Positions 50,701 to 62,279 of a stretch of 64,000 nucleotides of DNA are shown piece by piece. Under the pieces are notes generated by a model. That model had not been told where the DNA came from and searched no databases. It worked only from the letters and a program-made list of their open reading frames with translations. Each line of letters opens with the position of its first letter. The first letter of the stretch is position 1. The stretch comes from Gekko japonicus (taxonomy: Eukaryota), in assembly GCF_001447785.1 (NCBI RefSeq), contig NW_015167580.1:272687-336686 (forward strand), in the 5' to 3' direction. The translations under genes and the position numbers were made by a program.

Positions 50701-50885
50701 TCAAGCAGTTTCAGAGATAAAAGAATGCAGTCAGGATTTGAAAAGGATAGTTTAAAAGAAATCACACACAAACTGAGCAAAAACCAACAAGAAACAATAA
50801 GCAGCAACCGCCACCACCCAGCATGAAACAGTATATCTGAAGCAGCTTTAGCTTGATGAAATGCCCCTGTGAAGGGGGGGGCATC

Positions 50886-51205
50886 TAGGGCTACCAGGTT
50901 TTACCTGGCTGCCTGCGGGAGAAGGGTCCTTCTCCTCGTCCAGGATATCACCCGGAAATGACGTCATCACGCGGGGCACATTGTGGGTGGGGCCTCTATT
51001 GTTTGAGGGAAAACCATAGTTTTTCCTCGAATGATAGAGCATCCTCCTGTAACGTGCCCAGCATGATGACATTACTTCCAGGGAACTTCATCGCACTGGG
51101 CACGTTGGTGCGAACACAGCAATTTGGGGGCGGGGTCACTCCCACGGGCTGGATGCAGGCCAGCGGATTGGAGCCCCTGCCCCCAGTAGGGGAATGGCAA
51201 GCCTA
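50886..51205. mobile_element. TAGGG-ended hAT-type MITE
   Basis: TAGGGCTACCA/TGGCAAGCCTA; TSD GGGGCATC/GGGCCATC. Confidence 0.72.
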
Positions 51206-51799
51206 GGGCCATCTTCAGCATAAACATACCTGATGAAACAAAAATGCCTTAACCTGGAACCATTGGTTTGGTGCCAGGTAGGAACACAAAATAAGGAGTT
51301 CTATCAATGAGATGTCTCAGAAACAAAGGGGAGTAAAAACAGAAAGGGCTGAAGAAGGTCACCCCCAGATGATTACGGAGGCCAACTACCTACCTAGCAT
51401 ACTCTTTCTGGTCTTTGGGCATAAGTGATGCCCTGCCTTGCTAACATGGTGAGGAGAGGGCCAGGCAGGTGGGCAGAGTGGTGAGGAGGAGGGGGTGGGG
51501 AGGTGCTGGGGGGGATCAGACTGAGGAAAGAAGAGGCATCAGGAGGGAAAGGGAAAGGTAAGGGTCAGTTTTGGGATAAGGGGGAAGAAGAAATAGGGCA
51601 AACTGGCAAAATCCAATTGGAAAGTGCATTGAAAGTAGATTTTTAGTGTGTGTGACCGCAGTCTAAGTTAGCTCTTGCCTTTTGTGATATCCACCTACCA
51701 GTGTCCTGAGACAGAGTCCAAGTGGGTGAATCCTCAACACATGCTTGGATCAGAAACTAAAGTAAGACCAGCAAAGTGCTTATTTCAGGGTGTTCCTGC

Positions 51800-52200
51800 A
51801 ATGCTTTGGGGCAGTTGGCCCCATATCTCACTCCCCGAGATCTGGCTAGTGACCCATGCAATGGTCACTTCCAAATTAGATTGTCTTCTGCCCTTGATTC
51901 TGCTCTGGAAACTGCAGGTGGTGCAGAACGCAGCAGCATGGGTACTGATTTTGCTGCTTCTGCGGGCCCACATCTGCCTGGTGCTGCGCGAACTGCACTG
52001 GCTGCCTATTGAGTACCGGATCCATTTCAAGGTGTTGGTGCTTACCTTTAAAGCCCTATACAGCCAAGGGCCCTCATATCTGCAAGACCGCCTCTCCCTC
52101 TATGAGCCCCGAAGGGCTTTACGATCTGCCAATCAACATCTTCTCGTGGTCTCTGGCCCCAGGGAAGTCCGCCTCGCCATGATGAGGGCCAGGGCCTCAA
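51800..52200 (+). mobile_element. L2-clade LINE fragment
   Basis: LQVVQNAAA...VLRELHWLPIEYRIHFKVLVLTFKAL...GPSYLQDRL. Confidence 0.85.
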
Positions 52201-52722
52201 CTGCATACCAGAGTTGGCACCGGTAAAGTTTTAATGTCAATGATAACGGCACCGGATGAATGCCATTGTGGTATTTTACTAGTGTTTTAATTGTATTAAT
52301 TGTGTATATTGTATTTTTATCAAATTTGATGTAACACGCCTTGAGCTTGCCATGCGGGGAGGGTGGGATATAAATCGAATTAAATAGATAAATTAATTCA
52401 CCAGGCAGGGGCATTTGAACTTGTGAAATGTTTTTATCCAGGATAAGATGGGTTACTTTGATTCCCTATCAAACTAAGCAAAGACTGCTGGTAGCCAAAA
52501 TCACCAGGCAGGGGCATTTGAACTCTCTTGTGAAATGTTGTTATCCAGGACAAGATGGGTTACTTTGATTCCCTATTAAACTAAGCAAAGACTGCTGGTA
52601 GCCAAAAAAGTAAGTTTCTGAGGGGCAGCCCTGTTGTTCTGCCACGGAACAGCCAGATTCCAGACCAGCAGCACCTTAGAGACCAACATAAAGAGGGGGA
52701 GTATACGTTTTTAAGAGTCAAA

Positions 52723-53164
52723 GGCCCCTGCCACACGAGGGAAGAAGGGACAGCCAAAGTGCGGCTTTTAAAAAGCCGCACCTAAATAGGCACGCGGCGG
52801 CGGGATCATACAGATCCCCTGAGCCGCGTGCATTTGCTCCCCGGCATGATCAGATGCCGGGGACATGGGGAGAAAGCCACGGGAGTCTGCTGAACTGCGC
52901 ATGTCGGAGCATGCACAGTTCGGCAAGGAGCCGGAGATGCGCCAGCGAAGGAATGCGCCGGCGATCCCACGGCCAGCGTTGCTGCGGCCCTTTCAAAAGA
53001 ACCACCTCGGTAGGTGGTTCTTTTTTGGTGCGGATCATCGCTGGAAGGGACGGATCAGGGACGGACACGGTACGCTTCCCAGATGTTGCGGTGGGATCGC
53101 GCCCGTTTGCTCCACCCCCGTTCCGTCCCTCTCCCGGCCCTAATCCTCTCATGTGGACAGGGCC
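52723..53164. mobile_element. PIF/Harbinger-type MITE, family of 31097-31505
   Basis: TIR GGCCCCTGCCACA/TGTGGACAGGGCC; TSD AAA. Confidence 0.8.
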
Positions 53165-53678
53165 AAAGTTCCCTTCATCAGGTATCTAATCACACAATGT
53201 CCGATCATATCTGACAAACTGAGCTTTCACTCTTTTCAAAATTTCAGTTCTTGAATGAAATCTCTGGATTACAGTGATCGTTATGAGCATGCCAGTTAAT
53301 TATTTCCCATTCTGTGTCTGTGGTAATAAGTTCTACATTATGATTGCATATTTCTGATTCCTATTCCCTCTCACCCCTCCAAAATCTAGAGCTGAAACAG
53401 AATATCCAACACAATCCTCAGGAAAAGGTCAATCACAGCTCAAAAACAGCCAGAATAGCCGCTGTAGGAGTCTAGACTGAAGCATCGCTTAGCAAGAGGG
53501 GCACATCCTGCTTTTAAGTAGCCCTGTGATCATAAGGGCCAATCAGATCTGAGCTGATCGAGATAAAGATGCTCCACCTCCCCAAACTGAGTGAATATAA
53601 TGGACCGTTTCTGGGCCAGCTTCCAGTTTGGGGTCTTTTGTTTCCTTCCCGTGTTCGGATATCAGGATCTCTCTAGCC

Positions 53679-54137
53679 ATGTGTTGGGCTTCCATTCTTA
53701 GCCTTCTAGTGGCCTGGTGCACAGATGAGAGCAGGTCAAAGTTACTGCTAAGGTGAGTGAAGATGCTGGGCAAAGTGAGCCTGACAGGTTCTGCCGTATT
53801 CCCCCCCCCCCCCCAGGGTCATATTCTCAGCCTGTGGTGTCTCAGCCACCATCAGCATCTGTCTCACTGGGGAGCACTGTGAAACTCTCCTGCATTGAGG
53901 TCCGTGACCACCATGTGTACTGGTTCCAGTAGAAGCCTGGGAATCCCCCACAGTTCCTCTTATATTATTATTCAGATTCCGACAAGGGCCAGGGCTCCGG
54001 AGTCCCCTCTCGTTTCTCTGGGTCCAAAGACGCATCAGGTAGCACCGGCTATTTGACCATCACTGGAGCTCGGGCAGAAGACGAGGCTTATTATTACTGT
54101 GGTCGAGGGGATGGCAGTGGAAGCAGCTGGCAGTGAG
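53679..54137 (+). pseudogene. V16: IGLV pseudogene (V12 paralogue)
   Basis: Leader donor GT>AT at 53725; premature TAG at 53930-53932 in FR2; terminal TGA 54134-54136; RSS retained. Confidence 0.92.
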
Positions 54138-54176
54138 CACAGTGATGCAATCAAATGGGGAACCAAGACAAAATCT
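54138..54176 (+). other. 23-RSS of pseudogene V16
   Basis: CACAGTG-23-ACAAAATCT. Confidence 0.9.
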
Positions 54177-54844
54177 TCCCCCTGTGCTTGTCTTGGAACA
54201 GTCACACCCTGTGCTTCAGAAGCTGAGGTTGATGCTTCAGTCTCATCTTAGGTGCAAACTCTTTAGGTGTCCCTTTGTCAAGTGAACCTTTTTCGGGTTT
54301 GGCTCCCCATTCGGAAATGTTGCTCACAATATTGGCCTGCCTTCCAGGGCTGAAGCACTTTCAGTACTGTCTTCCCCTTTGTTTAAAAACACAAACAAGA
54401 ACTAATATCATTCACGAAAAATGATTATGTTACTAGTAGCCACATCCCTCTCCCCAAGAACACACAATACCACCACAATTTGGATGAGACCGGGATTTAT
54501 TTAATTAGTGCAATTTGCTTTTCTATGTTAACAAACTATTCTGCCAACTTACAAGTGTGGGTTGCAACTGAATGCAGCATTTACATCAACTCCACCCTGG
54601 CTGCAAACATGCTCCGCTTTCTTTCCTGCCTTGTTTGTCCTAGCCTGCATGTTGACAGTGCCAAGGAAGGCCAAGTCTCATCCCTTCCCCAATCTCCCAC
54701 TCACTCCATGACAGACACTGATCCATGCTATGAGCACCCCCTCCATCACCTTTGGGGAGTGGATCTTCACCCTTAGAAGACTCGGTGTTCTCTCCCAATT
54801 ATCCCTATCTGCAGTATTCCTGCCTCTCCCCAGTTATCAAGGGG

Positions 54845-55138
54845 TAGGGTTGCCAAATCAGTCTTCGCCGGGAGCAGGGGGCTCCCGGCCGGTGTCGGGT
54901 GAGTGTGCGCGCGGAAGTGGGCACTCTGGGGGCGGGGCCACGGCCATACAAGGGAAAACCATAGAGTTTATCCTGTATGGCTGTGGCTCCACCCCCAGAA
55001 TGTCCGGCGTGCCCACGTCACTTCCTAGTGACACGCACGCCGGGGGTGGGGTTCCCCCGGGGCCCGATTCCGCCGTGGCGGAAATCGGGCCTCCAAAGTG
55101 GGGGTTTCCCCGCCCCCCGGCCCGATTTGGCAGCCCTA
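54845..55138. mobile_element. hAT (Ac-type ends) MITE, CpG-rich
   Basis: TIR TAGGGTTGCCAAATC/GATTTGGCAGCCCTA; perfect 8-bp TSD TCAAGGGG; empty paralogous site near 39029. Confidence 0.9.
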
Positions 55139-56195
55139 TCAAGGGGTCAGACTTATTCGTAATACCACACTGTGTCACAATGGGTGAAGCAGTAAAACAC
55201 ACACACACACAAAGATTTCCTTCTTGATCCAGTGGAAGCAGATCCAGTGCAAGCTTGCGGGGAGGGCGGCCTATAAATCTAATAAATAAATAAACATACG
55301 TGCCAGGCCCCTCATCACTGGCAGAAAAGCTGCTTGGATCCATCCCATGATAGACTTCCGTCTCAAATCCCACTAATACAAAGAACTGTGTCGGGATTTG
55401 GGGAGACAAACCATCAGTAAGCATCCTATGATACTTCTCCCTTGATTGGTTTGAATGCATATATTACACAAATCCAAGGGGAAGATTTTACTACATCAGA
55501 CAACAGCAGATTCAGGCTACATTCAGACAAGAGTCAACCAAAAGACAAACATCGCTCTGCACAAAGTACAAAAAAGTCCAGCTGAACTGGTGTATCTTTT
55601 TTTCTTTTTCCTATCGTGAAGATAATCCAGGGAGAATGCAGTCTGGGAAAGATTACCAGAATGTAATGTTTCCAAGTCAGTGGGAAAAGGTACAGCCTCA
55701 TGATCTAGGAACCTGATAAACACTCTCATCCATTAAAGTGATGAAGACGTGGATCTATTCCAGCTTTTCAATACCTGGATGAACAAGTGACTCAGCCACG
55801 CATTCAGGACTGTGCAATTGAGCAGACGCACGTAACCTGACAGACGTTACCAGGATGTGACCTTTAATGTTTGGTGTGCATCATATTCCCCCCTCCTCCA
55901 TTCAAAACTTAAATGGGGGGATGACTAATAGAAGCTCCAACCCAATATATTCCAAACTCCTTTTAAAACTCTGGTGTTAAAGGGTGTGAAAGGATTACAG
56001 ACTGGGACCTGGGCTGTTCATCTGTGTTTCCTAATATGTGGGTGGGGCAAGTAAGAGGGTCGGTCTACGTGAATGGAAATGATTTGCATGGAGTGGCCTC
56101 TAAATAACATCCATAATAATAAGAAGAGAACAGGAAGCCTTGAACCAGAAACACCTGTCTGCCTCAGGAGACCAAGCTCAGCTGGGTTTCCCATC

Positions 56196-56685
56196 ATGCC
56201 CTGGGCCTTACTCCTCTACCAACTCCTTGCTTATTGCTCTGGTAACACAAAGGAAACTTTCTCCTTTTTTTGCATTGTTTCTCCAGAGCTTGGAAAGAAC
56301 AAAACTGGTATCATTTTGAGCAATGCTTTCTTCTATTTGCAGGTTCCTTTGCCAGGTATGTGCTGACTCAACCACCGTCCATGTCTGTGGCCCCTTCTGC
56401 GCTCTCCTTTTAATCCATGTTCACTGCGGTGTCCTCCAAGCAATTCTACACTGAAACCAAATTCGACCTTCTTTTTATTCCAGGTTTTTTCCCCATCCTG
56501 CATCACATTACCTCCCTTCAGTGGTCAGCCTGGTTTCAGCCTGCTGTTGCCTCTGGTTATTTGGATGCCATTTTGCCATGGACTTAAATTGCCTCAACTC
56601 GAACAATGAGAACATCTGGAGTGGCAGGCAAATGCGGAAAGGACCTGTGTCTTTGGAACAAAATGCCCAAATCATTTGTTCAGGG
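56196..56685 (+). pseudogene. V17: group-A IGLV pseudogene, MITE-interrupted and 3'-deleted
   Basis: Leader 56196-56241 intact; V exon from 56343 [11 protein letters not shown], insertion 56389-56645, resumes SLEQNAQIICSG, then jumps to flank sequence; no RSS. Confidence 0.9.
56389..56645. mobile_element. PIF/Harbinger-type MITE inserted in FR1 of V17
   Basis: TIR GGCCCCTTCTGC/GCGGAAAGGACC; 3-bp TSD TGT; removing it restores ATGTCTGTGTCTTTGGAA. Confidence 0.82.
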
Positions 56686-57354
56686 CAGCAAGGAGGGTGT
56701 GTTTGCCTCTGTCCTAATGGGCCGGTCCAAATGTTTCCTAGAAGGCCCTACAGAGTTCATGGGGTTTTTTTTTGGCATGAGAGGTGTTTTGATGGATCCA
56801 ACCAACACCCCATTTTATCCATTTATTTATAACCTAATATTCTGGAGGGCTGAAAAACAGAGCGGAGAGGCCAATAATGCCTCTCTGATGTTGCCCCCTA
56901 CCATAGTCCCATAGGTCCCCTCAGGCCTAAAGGATTCCCTTTCTTGCTGATGTGTGGTGAGAAGAAGGGTGGGTGGGTGAAGAGAATGGCAAGGAGGGGG
57001 TGGGCAGGCAGAGCAGTGTGGAGAGGGGTGGGTGAGCAGGATAAGTAGCAAGGAGGAAGGGGTGGGGGTGAGTTGGACTGAGAAAAGAGGGGGTAAAGGG
57101 AGGGGGAGGGGAGCAGGAGGAGGAAAGGGTAAACAGAGGTGGGTGGGGGTGGGTAGGTCAGAAGCCAGAGGAGAAAGCAGGGACCAGTGGGAGAATTTCT
57201 CCAAGAGTTTCTCACAGGTCCCTACATGTAAATCCCTTAACTTCATTAAGAAAATCAGAATGACAAATGTGGAAAATATTGTATGGAGGTGAAATATCAG
57301 GTCCTCAAAATCATAGAATCCAAGAGAGAAAGGCAGACTATAAGGTAAAGAAGA

Positions 57355-57380
57355 TGCCATGAAGACCTCTAGAGGGCACC
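57355..57380 (+). promoter_or_regulatory. CTCF-like site
   Basis: TGCCAT-gaaga-CCTCTAGAGGGCAC. Confidence 0.6.
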
Positions 57381-58197
57381 CTTGATCCAGAAAACACTGA
57401 CAGAATTGCCCTCCAAAGGTGAGCAAGATGAGGCAGCCCACTAAGCATTCAGCTGTTCTTCAAGGTGGGATCCTCTTACATACCTTTTTTTTTTGGCTGT
57501 CCCCACCCAGCCTGGTAGTTTGGAAAACGTTATCCTACAGAAAAAGTGTTCCTTTATTTCTTTATTTGTCTGTTTATCTGTTTATTAGATTTATACCCCG
57601 CCGAGACAGGCTAAGGGCAGTTTGAAAAATGCTATTTGATCTCCTACTCAACTCAGTAGAAGTTGTGCTTACAGGGGGAAATTTCTATTTTGGGGTTCCC
57701 ACCTATCAAAGGCTTTTCTTGTTGGCTTGTTTTAACACATTTTCTCGGGTAGAACTTCATGATAGTTTTGTAGGATTCAGACTGACTCATGCAGTGAGGT
57801 TAATCTCCCATTTCATTTAGCATAGATCACTAGGAAGTCTGTGATGCTAAGTTCCAGACTGTAATGCTCTATTGCTGGTCCGATTGTATCTCACCTCTCA
57901 AAATCAGGAACTGAAGCAGAATTTCAAACCCAGTCCTGAGCAGCATCTCCGTAGATGCAGGCAGATGAAATCACAGCCTCAAGGGGCCGAGCTGAAGCAT
58001 CACTTGCAAAGGAAGGCACATCCTGTTTTCAAGGATCCCTCTGATCGAAAGGTCCTATCAAATTTGAGCTGATCACATGACAATTCTCCACCCCCCCAAA
58101 CAGGGTGGATATAAAGACTCATGAATGGACCACCATTTCGGTCTTGTGTCGTTTGTTTCTTTTCTTTTCTTTTTTCCGGTCCCCAAATCTCTTCACC

Positions 58198-58677
58198 ATG
58201 TTTTGGCCTACCCTTCTCAGCCTTCTAGTGATGTGGTGCCCAGGTAAGAGCAGGTGAAATACGCACTGCCATTATTGCTAAGGGGAGTGTAGGCGATGAG
58301 CAAAAGGTGGGAGACAGTTTCTGTGATATCCTTTTCCCCAGGTGCCGACTCTCAGTTTGCCCTGTCTCAGCCACCCTCAGCATCTGTGGCAGCAGGGAAC
58401 ACAGCCAGACTCTCCTGTGTCATGGCCAGCGGGTACAGCGTCAGTGCCTACTACATGGACTGGTACCAGCAGAAGCCTGGGGATCCCCCAAGATACCTCC
58501 TACGCTACTATTCAGATTCCAACCAGCAGCAAGGCTCCGGGGTCTCCTCTCGTTTCTCTGCTTCCAAAGACACCTCCAGCAACACCTTCTACTTAAGTAT
58601 CACGGGAGTCCAGGTGGAAGACGAGGCTGTTTATTACTGTGATACTTATCACGGCAGTGGGAATAGCTTTCAGTAGC
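58198..58677 (+). CDS. IGLV: V18: IGLV segment, group B; leader 58198-58243, V exon 58342-58677; TAG 58674-58676
   Basis: Leader MFWPTLLSLLVMWCP; QFALSQPPS...YYCDTYHGSGNSFQ*. Confidence 0.93.
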
Positions 58678-58716
58678 CACAATGATTCAGTCAGGTTTGG
58701 AACCAAGGCAAAAACT
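58678..58716 (+). other. 23-RSS of V18
   Basis: CACAATG-23-GCAAAAACT. Confidence 0.85.
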
Positions 58717-58957
58717 GTGCTTGGTTCAGAGCAGCTGAGCTCTGCAGGGCGTAGCTTCATGCTTGAGGGGCTGATCGGTCATCTGTTAGGCTGGGGCTTT
58801 AGTCTCATCTTAGCTGTAGTGTCCTAGAGTCAACTGATCCTCTCCCAGACTCAGCTCACCTTTGGTGTGGGATCTTTCCCAATCCTTATGGCCCTGAATG
58901 GAGACAGGCCTCTATAGTGCATCAACAACTGTGACCATGGCATTCTCTGAATTCCCA

Positions 58958-59187
58958 GTAAAAAGGTAAAGGTAAAGGTTCCCTTGCTCGAAAGCCAGTC
59001 AAGTCCGACTCTAGGGTTGCGGTGCTCATCTCCGTTTCAAAGCCGAAGAGCCAGCGCTGTCCGAAGACGTTTCCGTGGTCATGTGGCCGGCATGACTAAA
59101 CACCAAGGTGCACGGAATGCTGTTACCTTCCCACCAAAGTGGCACCTATTTATCTACCTGCAATTTCTTGCTTTCGAACTGCTAGGT
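58958..59187 (-). mobile_element. Sauria SINE 3' part
   Basis: AAAGGTAAAGGTAAAGGT reverse tail and conserved core. Confidence 0.82.
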
Positions 59188-61980
59188 ACTCGATATAAAA
59201 TTCCAGGATAGGATCCAATGTTCCTGGTGTGAACCAAATTGTTTCTTGTTCAAATTTGGGCATGTGCACTATGTCCAATTGCCCTTAACAGAAATTTAGA
59301 TGCTTTTGCTAATGTAAAGAATGCCTGATCCCCGTCTGTCTGGGACAGAGCTTTAAAGAGGACACATGTTTTCTTTTTCCTTTTTTAAAAAACATTGACC
59401 CTCCTGTCAATGTCAGAGTACAAATGAAGAAATACTCGAGAACAATACATTTTTAAAAAACCAAGCAAAAAAAAAAGGTAGGGACTGAAAACCTCTCCCC
59501 CCAAATAAAGTCACCACACAAGATACATGGGATTTCATTAAATGCCTGAAGTCCCCAAAAGAAGTGGAGCAGCAGATGCGAGAAGGTCACGCTGTGGTGC
59601 CTGTTCCTGGCACTCTTCCCAGTTAGCCTAGGGTTGCGAGTGGGGCATTGGGGGTGGGCTACAATGTCTTCTGCATTCCAGTTTTTCCGGAAAGGATTCC
59701 AGAAAAAAAGAATTGCCATGGGGGGGGGAGAGAATTGCCATCTGATTGGCTGAGAGGGGTTTGGAGAACTGCAGGGGGGGAGTGTTCCAGTAAACTGACA
59801 TAATATAATAAATTACAAAAGTATCAACAAGTTTGTTTAGACATGGCTCTTTTACAATGTACCCTAACAAAAAAATATCAAGATGGAGTTTGACCTCAAG
59901 AAAGAAAGGACAGGAGCCTCTACTTCTGATGAAAATATTTATTCTGTCTGATATATAAAGTAGACTTTCTGCTCTCAGGCCTCATCCCCAGTGGGTTTTT
60001 CTTGGGCTGCTGCAGGGTCATTGAGCTGGCTGGCTGATGTCCGCGAGAACACTCTGGAAAGAGCACTGGAGAGTTTCTCAAGCTTGGAAGATTGTTGGCG
60101 AGGGATGACGACAGTCTCCGGGTTGGTACTGGCATCCTCCTGATCTTCTGGGGAAATGAACAGAGGCCTTGGAATGGATTTCCATACAGCAGTGGCCTAA
60201 TTAGCTTGCTTCCTTACACATTTTAAAAGGCTAGCCCCGTCTTATCCTGAAGTCAAGGCTCAACAATATCAATCAAACCATCTAAAACAGGACCGATATC
60301 ATACATTCAGCAGCCCATGCAAATTTCAATTGCCAATTGGCCAGTGCCCACAAATAAGACTTCAAAACAAAACTGGCCCAACAAAGCCTCTGAAAAAGCC
60401 TAGTCTTGCAGTCCCTGTGCCCAGCTGCCCCTGACAGTACACCCCCCCCACATCTCCATGGACTCTTCCGTTAAACTGTTGCAACAAGCAAAAGGACCTC
60501 AGACCTCATCAAGAGGGTGTCAACCTGGACAATGGAGGGTTCTGCTAATGGGGTCCGTTGAGAGGACCCTAGATGGTGCAGAAGTTCATACAAGGAGAGG
60601 TGGCCCTTCAGGCATCTTGAATAAAGTTTGTGTCCAGTGGCACCTTTAAGGCCACAAAGTTTAATTCTGGGTACAAGCTTTTGTGCGCATGCACACTTCT
60701 TCAGGCATCTTGTCACTCACATGGCATCTGATGACTGAGTGCAGATTCCTAGCTGGGAAACCCCACCATGAGGCCTTGAGAAACAATCACTGTGTTCCAG
60801 AAAGTTCCATCACTGGGCAAGCTTTTCTACTCAAATGTCAGCTGAGAAATTTCTTTAGGTTCCCCATTCTTGTCAAAGTCGGGATGCCAGCCTCCAGGTG
60901 GGGCTTGGGGACCCCCCAGAATTGCTGCTTATCTCCAGACTACAGAGATCAGTTCCTCTGGAGAAAATGGATGCTTTGGAGGATGGACTCCATGACATTG
61001 TATCTCACTGAGGTCCCTGTCCACCCCAGGCTCCAGCCTCAAATCTCCAGGAGTTTCCTAACTTGGAGCTGCCAACCTTGCCCCTACCAGCGACCAGGGA
61101 GGACCTGGCAACCCTATGTCAAAGGACCCACCAAGCAGTGTAAACAAGAACAGCCCTGTTATGCCTTACATGGCACAATACCCCCTCTCCCTGTTGGGTC
61201 TCTCTGATCCCCAGATGGGATTGGAGTTGAGCCCCCATCCCTTTCACCAAGGCTGGAGCCTCTGACTTCTCCCTTGAGCAATTCACTGGCTGAACAGCAA
61301 CACAAAATTGTGGCCTTGATTTGGCATCATTACTCAGGGAGACCTAAGGTTTCCCTCACGGTCTGTTCATGCAACAATCCGCAATGACCATTATTGTTTT
61401 TCTTAGTTATGTTCAGTTGCTGTTTGGGGTTTTAAATCGATGGTTTTAATTAAGAATTTGTGTCATTAAAAAAAATATGTAGGTAATTGGCACCCTATCT
61501 TTCTGCCTAAAAACACCTTGGGCAGCTTAAGATAAAAACAGAAGAAAAACAACAACATCAATAATAATAATAATAGTAATAATAATAGTAGTAGTAGTAG
61601 TAGTAGTAGTAATAATAATAATAATAATAGAAAAATTAACATTAAAAGCAGAATGTGTATGTGTATAATAAAAACAGGGAAAGCTCAAAATTTAGAAAAT
61701 GCATTCAAATAGCCACTGGAAATAGTGCAAAGTAAAGTATAATACTGCCTGTAGTGACAGTTCTAGTTAGGAACCATCTGCTTTTTCAAAAAAAAATCTC
61801 AAAGCTGCCAGTACAATCAAAACACGTTTTAGATATTGGTAACACCAACAAGTAAGAGTTGTACATTAGGACAGAGCCCAGGTCAGATCATACCTCAGTA
61901 ACAAATTCACCAGGTGGCCTCAGCCAAGCAGTTATTCTACCTACCTGATCTAGAAGCCCTTTCATAATACTGGCTTATAC

Positions 61981-62279
61981 AGGAAGTGGTGGCGGCTCCA
62001 AGCATGGACGGCTTCAAAAGGGAATTAGATAGGCATATGGAGCAGAGGTCCATCAGTGGCTATTAGCCACAAGGTATAGATAGGGGCTCTGGGGCAAGTG
62101 ATGCTCTGTCTTCTTGGTGCTTGGGGGGGTCAACAGTGGGAGGGCTTCTAATGTCCTGGCCCCACTGGTGGATCTCCTGATGGCACCTGGTATTTTTGGC
62201 CACTGTGTGACAGAGTGTTGGACTAGATGGGCCTTTGGCCTGATCCAACATTGGCGTCTCTTATGTTCTTATGTTCTTA
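61981..62279 (+). mobile_element. CR1 LINE 3' end
   Basis: EVVAAPSMDGFKRELDRHME; GGACTAGATGGGCC; (CTTATGTT)n tail. Confidence 0.85.

Larger units (their letters stand above)
1795..58716 (+). other. IGL: Immunoglobulin lambda V-gene cluster (18 V segments), squamate reptile
   Basis: Repeated leader-intron-V exon-RSS units with Cys23, Trp41 and (D)E(A/G)xY(Y/H)C; all 15 RSSs have 23-bp spacers (lambda type); lambda-type N-termini. Confidence 0.95.

Noticed and set aside
1795-58716. Kappa, TCR or heavy-chain identity
   Set aside because: 23-bp spacers exclude kappa; QxVLTQPPS N-termini and EDEADYYC are lambda-type
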